A stretch of 64,000 bases of DNA from a virus (Duplodnaviria; Caudoviricetes), in IMG/VR virus record IMGVR_UViG_3300049740_002155; one strand, 5' to 3'. The translations under genes were made by a program, and so were the position numbers. The notes below the pieces were generated by a model. It worked only from the letters and a program-made list of their open reading frames with translations, was not told the origin of the DNA and did not search any database. Below are positions 9,255 to 18,312 of the stretch, piece after piece; positions within the stretch are counted from its first letter, which is position 1, and each line of letters opens with the position of its first letter.

Positions 9255-10227
9255 ATATTTTCTATCAGAATTTGAAAGATTACTTGTTTGTGAAATAGAA
9301 TCTTTAGACAAACGAGTTCAGTATCTTGTAGACTTCGTATTAAAAAATAAAGGAAAACGACTTAGACCTTTGTTGGTTCATAGTTGTTGTGATATTAAAA
9401 CCAAGCATACATTTGATGATGCAATAAAAGCAAGTATTATTGTTGAACTAATTCACATCGCAACATTGATTCACGATGATGTAATTGATAACGCAAATGT
9501 TCGTAGAAATCAAGCAACACTTCACAGCATCACTAAAGCAAATGAAGCAATTTTGGTAGGAGACATTTTATTTTCACACGCACTTGAAATGGCATCTTCG
9601 TTTCCTGATACAATGGTATGTCGTGAAGTAGCATCGGCAGTTAAGTTGACCTGCATGGGTGAAGTAAGTCAATCATTTGCTCAATGCAACTATGACACTA
9701 CACTTGAAGAATACGAAGATATTCTGATTGGTAAAACAGGTAAACTATTTGCGTGTGCGTGTCGGTTGGGAGCAAGATTAAGTAATCAAAAAATAAATGT
9801 CGTTGGAAGTGTAGAACGATTCGCAGAAAATCTCGGACTTGCTTATCAATTATACGATGACACAGTTGATGTATTTGGTTCAGAAAGTAATGCTCATAAA
9901 ACATTAAAGACCGATTTGAAAACAGGTAAAGTAACATTGCCTGTTATATTACTTTTGCAAAGTTGTTGCGAAGAAGAAAGAAAACCAATCATAGATTTAT
10001 TTCAAAATTATGATGTGTGCAATATAGGTGACTTTGACGATAATGCAAATAAACTTAATGAACTATTTGAAGCATATTCTATCAAACAAAAATGTTGCGA
10101 CATCATTGCGAACAAAATAAACGAAATCAAAAACTGTATTGCTAACATTAGTTATTTACCAATATCAGATAGAATGAAATCTATATCAGAAAATGTTTGC
10201 AATAAAATCCAAAACACTATAGTATAA
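9217..10227 (+). CDS. ispB: polyprenyl diphosphate synthase (IspB-like)
   Basis: GKRLRP, first Asp-rich LIHDDVID..RR, KTGKLF, QLYDD, DLKTGKVTLP. Confidence 0.9.
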   Translation: MILDKQTIESQTEYFLSEFERLLVCEIESLDKRVQYLVDFVLKNKGKRLRPLLVHSCCDIKTKHTFDDAIKASIIVELIHIATLIHDDVIDNANVRRNQATLHSITKANEAILVGDILFSHALEMASSFPDTMVCREVASAVKLTCMGEVSQSFAQCNYDTTLEEYEDILIGKTGKLFACACRLGARLSNQKINVVGSVERFAENLGLAYQLYDDTVDVFGSESNAHKTLKTDLKTGKVTLPVILLLQSCCEEERKPIIDLFQNYDVCNIGDFDDNANKLNELFEAYSIKQKCCDIIANKINEIKNCIANISYLPISDRMKSISENVCNKIQNTIV

Positions 10228-10234
10228 TATTATT

Positions 10235-10666
10235 ATGACAACAGGAACTATTAAAACAAATGCTGGCTCAATGAAGATTGAGTTTTATGATAACGATGCA
10301 CCTAACACAGTGAAGAACTTTTGTGATTTGGCAAATAAAGGATTTTATGAAGGATTGAATTTTCATAGAGTGATACCTGGATTTGTGGCACAGGGTGGTT
10401 GTCCAGACGGAACTGGTGCAGGTGGACCGGGTTATACAATTGATTGTGAAACGCAAGGTGGTAATCAATATCACGATAAAGGAGTATTGAGCATGGCACA
10501 CGCAGGACCTAACACAGGAGGTTCTCAATTCTTTTTAGTCCACACTCGTCAAGCAACGCAACATCTTGATGGTGGTCACACCTGCTTTGGTAAGGTTACA
10601 GTGGGTTTAGAAGTTATTGATCAAATTCGTCAAGGTGATACTTTTAGTGTAACCATAGACGAATAA
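10235..10666 (+). CDS. cyclophilin-type peptidyl-prolyl isomerase
   Basis: APNTVKNF, FHRVIPGFVAQGG, LSMAHAG..TGGSQFF, LDGGHTCFGKV. Confidence 0.95.
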   Translation: MTTGTIKTNAGSMKIEFYDNDAPNTVKNFCDLANKGFYEGLNFHRVIPGFVAQGGCPDGTGAGGPGYTIDCETQGGNQYHDKGVLSMAHAGPNTGGSQFFLVHTRQATQHLDGGHTCFGKVTVGLEVIDQIRQGDTFSVTIDE

Positions 10667-10792
10667 TGTTGCACGAAGCATTTTGGTATATAGGAATTGC
10701 TTTTACTTTTCTTATATTTTTGGTAGCAATTCTTCATTATTTTGATGATGAAGATGAATGATTTTTTTTGAACTTTATATATATTTATCGTT

Positions 10793-11089
10793 ATGGATAT
10801 AAATGAACAATTCAAATCACTAATGGAAAATTCCACGGAAATCAATGAAGCAGAAGAGGTTGACATCAACTATATGGAAAGAAAACCTCGTCTTTCTATT
10901 AAATATTGGGAAAAACTTTTCAAAGGAAAAGCAGAAACTGCGTTTGATGGAATTCATGGGTATATAGTTTTCATAAAAGTATCTGCAATACAAAAAAGAC
11001 ATGAGTCCACAACATTTGAATACTTGACAAAAGGTCCTGAGTATCGTTGGATTGAATTTGATGTCAGACACATTAAGATTGGATTCTAA
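10793..11089 (+). CDS. hypothetical protein
   Basis: ATATTTAT-N4-ATG start; INE motifs near N-terminus. Confidence 0.6.
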   Translation: MDINEQFKSLMENSTEINEAEEVDINYMERKPRLSIKYWEKLFKGKAETAFDGIHGYIVFIKVSAIQKRHESTTFEYLTKGPEYRWIEFDVRHIKIGF

Positions 11090-11421
11090 TGAATAAAACA
11101 CAATTAAAGCAAGTTATAGAAGAAGAGTTCCAAAAACTTCTTAAAGAATACAAATACGAATTGTATCATAAGTCTTTTACTGCGGCTGCTCAAGAAGCAC
11201 GTAAAGTTGCAGAAAAGAAAGGATTTGAAATAGACGAAGAAAATTGGACAACTGAAGTTGCATTTGGTGGAAAGTATAAACGAGCAAGACCAAGTGTTGG
11301 AAAAAGTAATTCATTTACTGTCGCATTAATCAAGAACGGAAAACCACAACGCAAGCATTTACACTTTCAGGTATACGGAATGGAAAGTGGAAACTTTGAA
11401 TTAAACGCATACGTTTCTTAA
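11089..11421 (+). CDS. hypothetical protein with MNKTQLKQVIEEE leader
   Basis: 110 aa, TAATG coupling. Confidence 0.65.
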   Translation: MNKTQLKQVIEEEFQKLLKEYKYELYHKSFTAAAQEARKVAEKKGFEIDEENWTTEVAFGGKYKRARPSVGKSNSFTVALIKNGKPQRKHLHFQVYGMESGNFELNAYVS

Positions 11422-11636
11422 TGTCTAAACGATGCAAAGCAAGAAATCAAGTAATTGCTGAACTTGATTTTATTGAAGGACTTACTCACAATCTTCGTGA
11501 AGTAGTAGATAATGCAGATTGGCCAAAAGAAGTTTGGGAAGCAAAAGCAAAAGTATTAAAAGACGTTCAGAATACAATCGTAGACTTTTTAAAAGATATT
11601 GACGAAGAAAACGAAAAAAAAAATAAAAAAAGTTGA
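11421..11636 (+). CDS. hypothetical protein
   Basis: 71 aa, TAATG coupling. Confidence 0.55.
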   Translation: MSKRCKARNQVIAELDFIEGLTHNLREVVDNADWPKEVWEAKAKVLKDVQNTIVDFLKDIDEENEKKNKKS

Positions 11637-11698
11637 CTTTTTTTGAAATAAAGTCATAATATACATATATATATCTTATATATCACCATCATCTCCCA

Positions 11699-11738
11699 GA
11701 GTTGCCATTGAAATTCGTTTTAGTGGCAACTCTTTTTT
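11699..11738 (+). terminator. intrinsic terminator-like hairpin
   Basis: GAGTTGCCATTGAAA-TTCG-TTTTAGTGGCAACTC followed by a T run. Confidence 0.75.
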
Positions 11739-11799
11739 ATAAACAAAATTAGTGTTAAATGTATTGATAATTTGTTTATATTCATATATATTTATTGGT

Positions 11800-12294
11800 A
11801 TGAATAAAAGTAAACTGGTTGAAATAATTCGTGGTATTGTCGCAGAAGAATGGGACAAAGATGTTGAAGTAAAATCAACAGGTGAACACGCAGACAAAAC
11901 CATAACACAAATCAAAAAAGAAATGGAAGCATTGAAAGGCAAAAAACCTTTTAATCGTGAACAATTTTCAGAACTAATGTTTGCTCTTCGTGCAAAGCAA
12001 GGATGGAAAAAAGGCAAAGGTGCAACAGGAACAACAGAAGGTATTACAATGAAGAAATCAGAATTAAAAGAACTCGTCAAAGAAGAACTCAATAAAATTC
12101 AAGAAAACAAAGCATTAAGTGTTGAAGATGCATACTATAAGTTTTCTGATGGAGTGTATGGTTTGTTAAATATGGAACATGAAAATGGTGGATACGATAA
12201 CGATAAGTTCATTAAAAAGACGTTTCGTTCTGCAAAAAAATTGTTGATGGACTTAGAAATGCATCTAAATAAAAACTACGAAGGGTGGGAGTAA
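11800..12294 (+). CDS. two-module protein with MNKSKL and internal MKKSELK leaders
   Basis: ATATTTAT-N4-ATG at 11800; second leader MKKSELKELVKEE at 12049. Confidence 0.7.
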   Translation: MNKSKLVEIIRGIVAEEWDKDVEVKSTGEHADKTITQIKKEMEALKGKKPFNREQFSELMFALRAKQGWKKGKGATGTTEGITMKKSELKELVKEELNKIQENKALSVEDAYYKFSDGVYGLLNMEHENGGYDNDKFIKKTFRSAKKLLMDLEMHLNKNYEGWE

Positions 12295-13346
12295 TGAAAA
12301 AATCGGATATTAAACAAGTGATAAGAACAGAACTTTCTGAACTTTTATCAGAAAACACAAACTCGTTAAATCAAGCATATGTGGTTTACACAAAAGCATT
12401 AAAGTCATTTGAACAAAATGCAAATGAATTAAAAGACAAAGTAATGCTCAAAATCTATAAAGAGTTTGATAAACTTCATTTGAAAATTACTCAACATCTT
12501 GATGCTAATTATGAAGGATCACTTGATGAATCGTATGCGGATACAATGCAAGCAAATTTACCAAGAGCATCATTTGCCGAACTTGATGAAGCAGGTGATG
12601 CGTTAAAGTCTTTGTTAAAGAATACGAGAAATGATCGTGAATTGCTTAAATTATACAAAGCACACATAAAATTGACTAAAGTATTTCAAAAGCATTTGGA
12701 CAAAAATTATCCTGATTGGGATAAACGAATGGAAGAAGATGTCAAAACTATTAATGTACGACATAAAACAACCAAAAAAAAGTTGGATATTCCGGATGAC
12801 CCAGATACCATTAAAAAGTATAAGAAGTTGGGGTATACATTGTGGATTGGTTCCCGAGGAAAAAATGAATCGGTGGATGAAAGAACGATTCAAGAACACG
12901 ATAAAGCAAAAGTGTTGCAAGCAATGCTGAAAGCAGGATCAAACAAAGCAGAAGCACACGCACTTCTTAAAAAGCATTATGCGTATGTTGATAAAAAGTA
13001 TCGTGATGTTCCTGCAAGCAAAAAAGCAGAAATCATTGTAACACTTGCGGGTACTACATCCGAAGCAAAAATAAACGAAAGATCAGAATCATACCGTGAA
13101 GCAGAATTAAAAAAGGTTGCACAATTTACTGATCGCAATCAACATTTGGAAGCAAGGCATTTTGTTGCAAGAAAAGGTGGTTATGAAAAACACCGTAAAG
13201 CATATCTTGCTTTAATTGATTTACAAGATGCGTTGGGTCACACACCAAGAGGAGCAGATCAGGTTCGTTCAGATTTAGACAAAGACCTTAAAAAGTATTT
13301 ATCAAAAGATGTTGATAATTGGGAAGAAGTTTGGGGAAATCTTTAA
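12294..13346 (+). CDS. multi-module protein with MKKSDIK leader
   Basis: 350 aa; short helical modules separated by LSE/LDE/KNE/INE. Confidence 0.7.
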   Translation: MKKSDIKQVIRTELSELLSENTNSLNQAYVVYTKALKSFEQNANELKDKVMLKIYKEFDKLHLKITQHLDANYEGSLDESYADTMQANLPRASFAELDEAGDALKSLLKNTRNDRELLKLYKAHIKLTKVFQKHLDKNYPDWDKRMEEDVKTINVRHKTTKKKLDIPDDPDTIKKYKKLGYTLWIGSRGKNESVDERTIQEHDKAKVLQAMLKAGSNKAEAHALLKKHYAYVDKKYRDVPASKKAEIIVTLAGTTSEAKINERSESYREAELKKVAQFTDRNQHLEARHFVARKGGYEKHRKAYLALIDLQDALGHTPRGADQVRSDLDKDLKKYLSKDVDNWEEVWGNL

Positions 13347-13693
13347 TGAAGAAATCAGAATTAAAGCAAATGATCCGTGAAATTCTTGAAGAAGATTTGC
13401 GTAACTGGTTTAAAAAGAAATGGGTCAACATTGGTAAAAAAGACAAAGATGGAAAACATCCTCCGTGTGGTACAAGTGGAGACAAACGAGGATATGCTAA
13501 ATGCGTTCCTCAAGCAACTGCCAACAAAATGACCGACAAAGAAAAAGAAAGTGCAACTCGCAGAAAACGGTCTGCCCAAAATGATGCAAATCGTGGTGGA
13601 AGAGAATCAGCAGGTCAAGGAAAGAAACCAATTAATGTCAGCACTTACACAAAACGAAGTGGAAAAAAAAGTGGAACAGGCAAAGGATCATGA
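13346..13693 (+). CDS. basic hypothetical protein with MKKSELK leader
   Basis: LRNWFKKKWV..GKHPPCG..YAKCVP module recalled from large tailed phages. Confidence 0.65.
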   Translation: MKKSELKQMIREILEEDLRNWFKKKWVNIGKKDKDGKHPPCGTSGDKRGYAKCVPQATANKMTDKEKESATRRKRSAQNDANRGGRESAGQGKKPINVSTYTKRSGKKSGTGKGS

Positions 13694-14028
13694 ACGAAGA
13701 GTGGAGCAACGACTACAAAAAGAAAATAGATTGTAGTAATCCCAAAGGATTTAGTCAAAAAGCACATTGTGCAGGTCGTAAAAAACGACAAGCAGGAAAA
13801 CAAACCAAATCAAAACCTGTGAAAGAATTTATGGAAAAGAAAACAATAGAAGAAAGATTACAATTATTTTTAGAAAAGAACGTTCCCACTTCTCCAAGCA
13901 AGTGGTCATATTGGGTAGGCCAAGCAAAAAAGAAATTTGATGTTTATCCTTCAGCCTACGCAAACGGATGGGCAGCCAAGATGTATAAAGATGCAGGCGG
14001 TAAGTGGAAAACTGAAAAGAAGAAGTGA
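13690..14028 (+). CDS. two-module basic hypothetical protein
   Basis: IDCSNPKGFSQKAHC and KKKFDVYPSAYANGW..YK..GGKW modules. Confidence 0.65.
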   Translation: MNEEWSNDYKKKIDCSNPKGFSQKAHCAGRKKRQAGKQTKSKPVKEFMEKKTIEERLQLFLEKNVPTSPSKWSYWVGQAKKKFDVYPSAYANGWAAKMYKDAGGKWKTEKKK

Positions 14029-14216
14029 AGAAACTTTGGCTCATTTGGGCAAGAACCGTTGATCATCGTGTCGGTAAAACTGATGATGACGAACCAGATA
14101 TTCCTATATTAACTCAGAAGCAAGCAAGAGTTAGTTTAATGCTTCGGACATTCATTATTTTGTTGAATGTTATCACTTGTTTCTTTATAATTGCTAATGC
14201 AATAAGACATTGGTAA
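14025..14216 (+). CDS. small membrane protein
   Basis: MKKLWLIWART...RTFIILLNVITCFFIIANAIRHW. Confidence 0.6.
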   Translation: MKKLWLIWARTVDHRVGKTDDDEPDIPILTQKQARVSLMLRTFIILLNVITCFFIIANAIRHW

Positions 14217-14623
14217 TGACAGACGAAGAAAAAAAGATTCCTGATAATGTAGTTCCACATCCGAATGCACTTCCGTATGCAAGTGATTTGGCTGCACCTG
14301 TAATTAAACCTGATCACTCGTTAACCGGTTGGAAACACGGAGCAGTTCATTCAGCAAACAAACATTATACAGACAAATTTGATGCTCTTAAAAAGCAATT
14401 TGAAGAACTTGCGGAAGATTTCAAATGGAATGATATTATGTTCAACGCAGAGTTTCGTTTGAAACCTGTTATAGGCAATGAGTATCATTTATACACCAAG
14501 AGCAATGCAACACATAAGCATACTATTTCATTGTTTGCTCCTAATGAACGAATAGGTGGATACGACAATTATGTAGGAACATTTCGTTTGAACTACGATA
14601 ATCGTTGGGAAAAGATAAAATAA
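14216..14623 (+). CDS. conserved hypothetical protein (DUF2452-like)
   Basis: ALPYAS..AAPVIK...YHLY...ISLFAP.E pattern; family call from memory. Confidence 0.5.
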   Translation: MTDEEKKIPDNVVPHPNALPYASDLAAPVIKPDHSLTGWKHGAVHSANKHYTDKFDALKKQFEELAEDFKWNDIMFNAEFRLKPVIGNEYHLYTKSNATHKHTISLFAPNERIGGYDNYVGTFRLNYDNRWEKIK

Positions 14624-14664
14624 GACTTGACTTTTTATAAGATTTTTGGTAGTATATAAACATA

Positions 14665-14778
14665 ATGAGAGATACAAATACTACTATAAAACCAAAAGTA
14701 AAATTAACCGAGAGAGAAAAAATCATTTTCTATTTCAAGTTCGGACCTGGTAGGTTCAAGCAAGTGTTTAATGCCTAA
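14665..14778 (+). CDS. small hypothetical protein (37 aa)
   Basis: follows TTGACT(14627)-17-TAGTAT promoter. Confidence 0.4.
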   Translation: MRDTNTTIKPKVKLTEREKIIFYFKFGPGRFKQVFNA

Positions 14779-14790
14779 TCAACTATTATT

Positions 14791-15003
14791 ATGGAAAACA
14801 TCAAAGAATTTATTGAATACTGCAAAGATTTCTATTTCGGTAGCAAAGCAGTTTATCCTTTACAAAATGTATCGCATCTTGATTTCGTTTATGCGTGTAA
14901 TTTAGTCGCACGAAGAACAGATATAGAGTTCGCAGCCGATTCTATTGATCGTGAACGAGTTCGTGATATTCTTGAATCAGTAGGATTCAAGCAAGTAAAC
15001 TAA
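14791..15003 (+). CDS. hypothetical protein
   Basis: 70-aa ORF. Confidence 0.55.
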   Translation: MENIKEFIEYCKDFYFGSKAVYPLQNVSHLDFVYACNLVARRTDIEFAADSIDRERVRDILESVGFKQVN

Positions 15004-15017
15004 TTTACATACACTAT

Positions 15018-16436
15018 TTATTTTTGTGGGGTGTCCGCTGAGTATTCGGAGTTCACCCCCTTTTTTGTGTCTATTTGCTGACCTTGCTTTCCCCACTTTT
15101 TCTGAAGATACTTACGTTCTTCTTTCCAATCTTTAAAAGGTTTTCCACGCATCGCAAGCAATTCGTCGAGACTAACATCGTTTTTAGGATTACCGTGTTT
15201 TATAGGTTCAGGTAAATCTGCATACTTTTTCATTGAATTGAATAATTCTGTGAAGTCTTTATCGTCTACATTACCAATCAAACAATCAGTAAGCAATCCA
15301 CGAAGTTTTTCATTTTGTTTTACAACATCTGCGAAACTGAAATTTTCATCGTAAAACGCATAAACAATTTTTCGCATAATTTCTATGGAGTTGTTCATTT
15401 GATCGGAATAATTTTGAAATGAAGATGATGAAAAATTTTTGGAAGAACATAATATTGAATCTATATCATCTGCCAAAAGACTTCCACTTTTTAATGCAAG
15501 AAACACTCCACTTGAAAACACAGGATCAAGAAATCCAAAAGCATCTCCTCCAAGCACCAATCCATTTTCAGCACTAAATCGATTACGATACGAGTATTCA
15601 CCGGTTACACGATACTCACCAATTTGAGTAGCATCTTTAAGATGATCCTGAATCCAAGCATTGTTTTTAATTTCACGATCAAAGATTTCAGAATGATCAC
15701 GGGTTGTTCCATTGAAAAGATATTTGTTTTCTGCTACGATACCAACACTTACTTTATTGTTTTTAAGTGGAATATACCAAAACCATCCTTTGTTGGGAAG
15801 ATACGCAATGGTAGTTGCTCCTTCATTTAAACCAGGATCACGTTTAGCATTTTCATAGTATGTCCACATCGCAATCTTTTTTAATTTAGGATCACGTTCC
15901 ATCCAACGATTTTTCAAACTTGCAAAGCAATCACGACCTGACGCATCTACAACAACATCAGCAGATACAGATTGTTTACCAAATTGCTGACTATCAATTT
16001 CAATGCCAATCACCTTATTATTTTCCTTGATAAGATTCGTTGCTTTGGTTGATTGCAAAACATTTGCTCCGTTGTCAATCGCACGATTCAAAATCATTTC
16101 ATCAAACTCACTTCGTTCAATTTGCCAAGTTGTTGATGATGGATGATCAAAGTGTTGAAAGAAATAAAAGGGTTGTGATCCTTCTCCGTTTTCTTTTACG
16201 AACTGAACACAATACTTTTTAGGATTTGCACTTTGCATTAAAGTATCTACAAGTTTAAGTCGTTCCAACGGAAAATAACAAAAAGGCATCAACGACTCAC
16301 CAACATGGTATCGTGGGAATTGCTCTTTTTCAACAATCAATACATTGTGATTATTTTCAGCAAGTAACGCACCTGTGGTTGATCCACACGGTCCTGCTCC
16401 AACTATTGCAACATCAAACTTTTGTGCGAAATTCAT
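15018..16436 (-). CDS. FAD-dependent oxidoreductase, flavin-dependent halogenase family
   Basis: VGAGPCG (GxGxxG), FPRYHVGESL, GWFWYIP (WxWxIP), GDAFGFLDPVFSSGV. Confidence 0.8.
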   Translation of the reverse strand: MNFAQKFDVAIVGAGPCGSTTGALLAENNHNVLIVEKEQFPRYHVGESLMPFCYFPLERLKLVDTLMQSANPKKYCVQFVKENGEGSQPFYFFQHFDHPSSTTWQIERSEFDEMILNRAIDNGANVLQSTKATNLIKENNKVIGIEIDSQQFGKQSVSADVVVDASGRDCFASLKNRWMERDPKLKKIAMWTYYENAKRDPGLNEGATTIAYLPNKGWFWYIPLKNNKVSVGIVAENKYLFNGTTRDHSEIFDREIKNNAWIQDHLKDATQIGEYRVTGEYSYRNRFSAENGLVLGGDAFGFLDPVFSSGVFLALKSGSLLADDIDSILCSSKNFSSSSFQNYSDQMNNSIEIMRKIVYAFYDENFSFADVVKQNEKLRGLLTDCLIGNVDDKDFTELFNSMKKYADLPEPIKHGNPKNDVSLDELLAMRGKPFKDWKEERKYLQKKWGKQGQQIDTKKGVNSEYSADTPQK

Positions 16437-16520
16437 TCAAATACTATAAAGTATATAATAAGCACCTGCAACAATTAAACAGATTGTTATTAATAATGAA
16501 ATGATGCAATTTAAACTCAC
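16437..16520 (-). CDS. 27-aa hydrophobic micropeptide
   Basis: GTG start, MSLNCIISLLITICLIVAGAYYILYSI; stop abuts halogenase ATG. Confidence 0.5.
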   Translation of the reverse strand: MSLNCIISLLITICLIVAGAYYILYSI

Positions 16521-16528
16521 ATAAATAA

Positions 16529-16720
16529 TTACTTGTTAGAGCAAGGAAATCTTCCATAATTTCCCATTCCGTCATAGTCCATGACGTCTCCTTTATACTC
16601 ATTCAGAGTTTCATAGGTAATTGGTTTTGGTTGCTCCTTCTGTTTCTTTGGACTTTTTTTACGACCAATGAGGTTCAGAAGTTTCGTTGTGATATTGATT
16701 GATAATTCGAACGGGTACAT
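16529..16720 (-). CDS. hypothetical protein
   Basis: 63 aa, same strand and packing as neighbours. Confidence 0.5.
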   Translation of the reverse strand: MYPFELSINITTKLLNLIGRKKSPKKQKEQPKPITYETLNEYKGDVMDYDGMGNYGRFPCSNK

Positions 16721-16748
16721 AATTTATATTTCTATTGTTAAAGGAGAA

Positions 16749-16779
16749 GACGGGAGAAGTCTTAACCACTTCTCCCGTC
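16749..16779 (-). terminator. perfect 12-bp hairpin (terminator/attenuator candidate)
   Basis: GACGGGAGAAGT-7nt-ACTTCTCCCGTC; only a partly T-rich tail on -. Confidence 0.55.
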
Positions 16780-16799
16780 CTAAACCACTTTGTTACCAA

Positions 16800-16898
16800 T
16801 CAAATACTAAAAATGTAAAATGCACCGCTGGAAATAGCAAGTAACATAACCGATACCATAAGTTGTACGATACGAAAACATTGTTTGTCTGTTAGCAT
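16800..16898 (-). CDS. 32-aa hydrophobic micropeptide
   Basis: MLTDKQCFRIVQLMVSVMLLAISSGAFYIFSI with upstream AGGAAG. Confidence 0.55.
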   Translation of the reverse strand: MLTDKQCFRIVQLMVSVMLLAISSGAFYIFSI

Positions 16899-17058
16899 TT
16901 TAGTGATTCTTCCTATTGTTATTTGTTGTGGATTTACGAAGTTGAAACAGAAGTGCTTCAACATAATATATAACGATGCAACTTTGCATTTGGTTCACAA
17001 AAAATATATACTTTTTTTCATAGTTGACGTAATTTATTGATTGCCATATAATTGCGAT

Positions 17059-17583
17059 ATGAAAAAAATTTTAATAATGTTGATTCCCTGCATTGCAATT
17101 GCAAATAGTTCTCCTTTACTGACAATTCCTGAACCAGAGTATCATTTTCCTGCGAAGACTTCATTTGATATTCAACGAGAAATACAACCTGACTTTAATA
17201 ATAAAGTTCCATCAGTTACATTAGATAGACATTTTGTGGGAGTCAAATATTCTTACTTTGAAAAATTTAATGTTTGGTACAAAGAAACCACGAACGGAAT
17301 CAACAACAAACAAAACAATGAATCATTTGATTGTGACAATCACGCATTGTTATATAAATCTTTATTCAGCATTTCTACTTTGAGAAAAGATGTGAAACGA
17401 GAAATCTTGGTTGGTGTAATTCTCGTAGAGCAATCAGAACAATTTCTTGGAATACCTGCAACTAATCGTCACGCACTCAATGTAGTGTTTACCGATAAAG
17501 GTTGGGTGGTGTATGAACCTCAGACTAATATGCTTTGTATGTTGGCAGATTATCCTCTTGCAATTAAAGCATTTGTATTTTAG
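17059..17583 (+). CDS. secreted papain-like/transglutaminase-like cysteine hydrolase (MOA agglutinin C-domain-like)
   Basis: signal peptide; FDCDNHA, HALNVVF, YEPQT; promoter TTGACG(17024)-17-TATAAT 6 nt before ATG. Confidence 0.6.
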   Translation: MKKILIMLIPCIAIANSSPLLTIPEPEYHFPAKTSFDIQREIQPDFNNKVPSVTLDRHFVGVKYSYFEKFNVWYKETTNGINNKQNNESFDCDNHALLYKSLFSISTLRKDVKREILVGVILVEQSEQFLGIPATNRHALNVVFTDKGWVVYEPQTNMLCMLADYPLAIKAFVF

Positions 17584-17594
17584 TATTAAAAATT

Positions 17595-17873
17595 ATGCCT
17601 TATATAGATAAAGAAGATCAAGCAAAATACAATGCCAATAAACTTGAGCATTGTGGAATTTTAAATTATGCCATCAATCAGTTGGTTAACGATTACATTG
17701 AACAAAATGGTAAATGCTACCAAACTTTCAATGATGTAACAGGAGCATTGGAAAATGCCAAGTTAGAAATTTATCGTAGAATGGTTGCTCCATACGAAGA
17801 TGAAAAAATTATTGAAAATGGAGATGTGCTTCCTTATACTCAATACGATGATTTCAAGACAAAGAAGTATTGA
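17595..17873 (+). CDS. conserved hypothetical phage protein
   Basis: MPYI...LNYAI...GALENAKLEIYRR..APYED.KI.ENGDV pattern recalled from phage proteins. Confidence 0.65.
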   Translation: MPYIDKEDQAKYNANKLEHCGILNYAINQLVNDYIEQNGKCYQTFNDVTGALENAKLEIYRRMVAPYEDEKIIENGDVLPYTQYDDFKTKKY

Positions 17874-18304
17874 TGATGTGTTGTAGTTCAACCGGTGGAA
17901 CTCCAAATTTAGAAAATGCAACATTTTTACACCGTAAGTTTCTGACTAAACAACAGATATTTGACTTAATTTCAGAATACGATGGCCAGATATATGGTGA
18001 ACATAACCCCAATACCACAGAAAACTATTATAAAATTGTACCATATTATGATAAAGTTCTGAATAATGTCCGTAAAGGCATTAAAAACGACTTGATTACC
18101 GATAATGTCACTAAGTTAGCATACAAACTTAAAGACAATCCTAGTACCCTTCTTGACCTTGCACCGATACTTATAGTAAATGGGGGATTCTGTGATGGTT
18201 CGCATAGGTTGTCTGCTTTACATTTATTGTCGGAACATCTTGATAAAGAGAATTTTAGATGGAACAAGATCAAATTAAACGTTCATTTTTATTCTCAGAC
18301 TTAA
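17870..18304 (+). CDS. ParB/Srx-like domain protein
   Basis: PILIV....DGSHRLSAL motif. Confidence 0.5.
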   Translation: MMMCCSSTGGTPNLENATFLHRKFLTKQQIFDLISEYDGQIYGEHNPNTTENYYKIVPYYDKVLNNVRKGIKNDLITDNVTKLAYKLKDNPSTLLDLAPILIVNGGFCDGSHRLSALHLLSEHLDKENFRWNKIKLNVHFYSQT

Positions 18305-18312
18305 AATAATGC

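Noticed and set aside
10781-11795. ATATTTAT as the Bacteroidota -7 promoter element TAnnTTTG
   Set aside because: The base before the box is variable (A, G, C, T), the last matching position is A not G, and the window's other promoters are canonical TTGACA-17-TATAAT.
15026-15066. GC-rich hairpin GGGGTG...CACCCC plus T run as a separate ncRNA
   Set aside because: Best explained as the + strand terminator for genes ending at 15003, overlapping the halogenase 3' tail.
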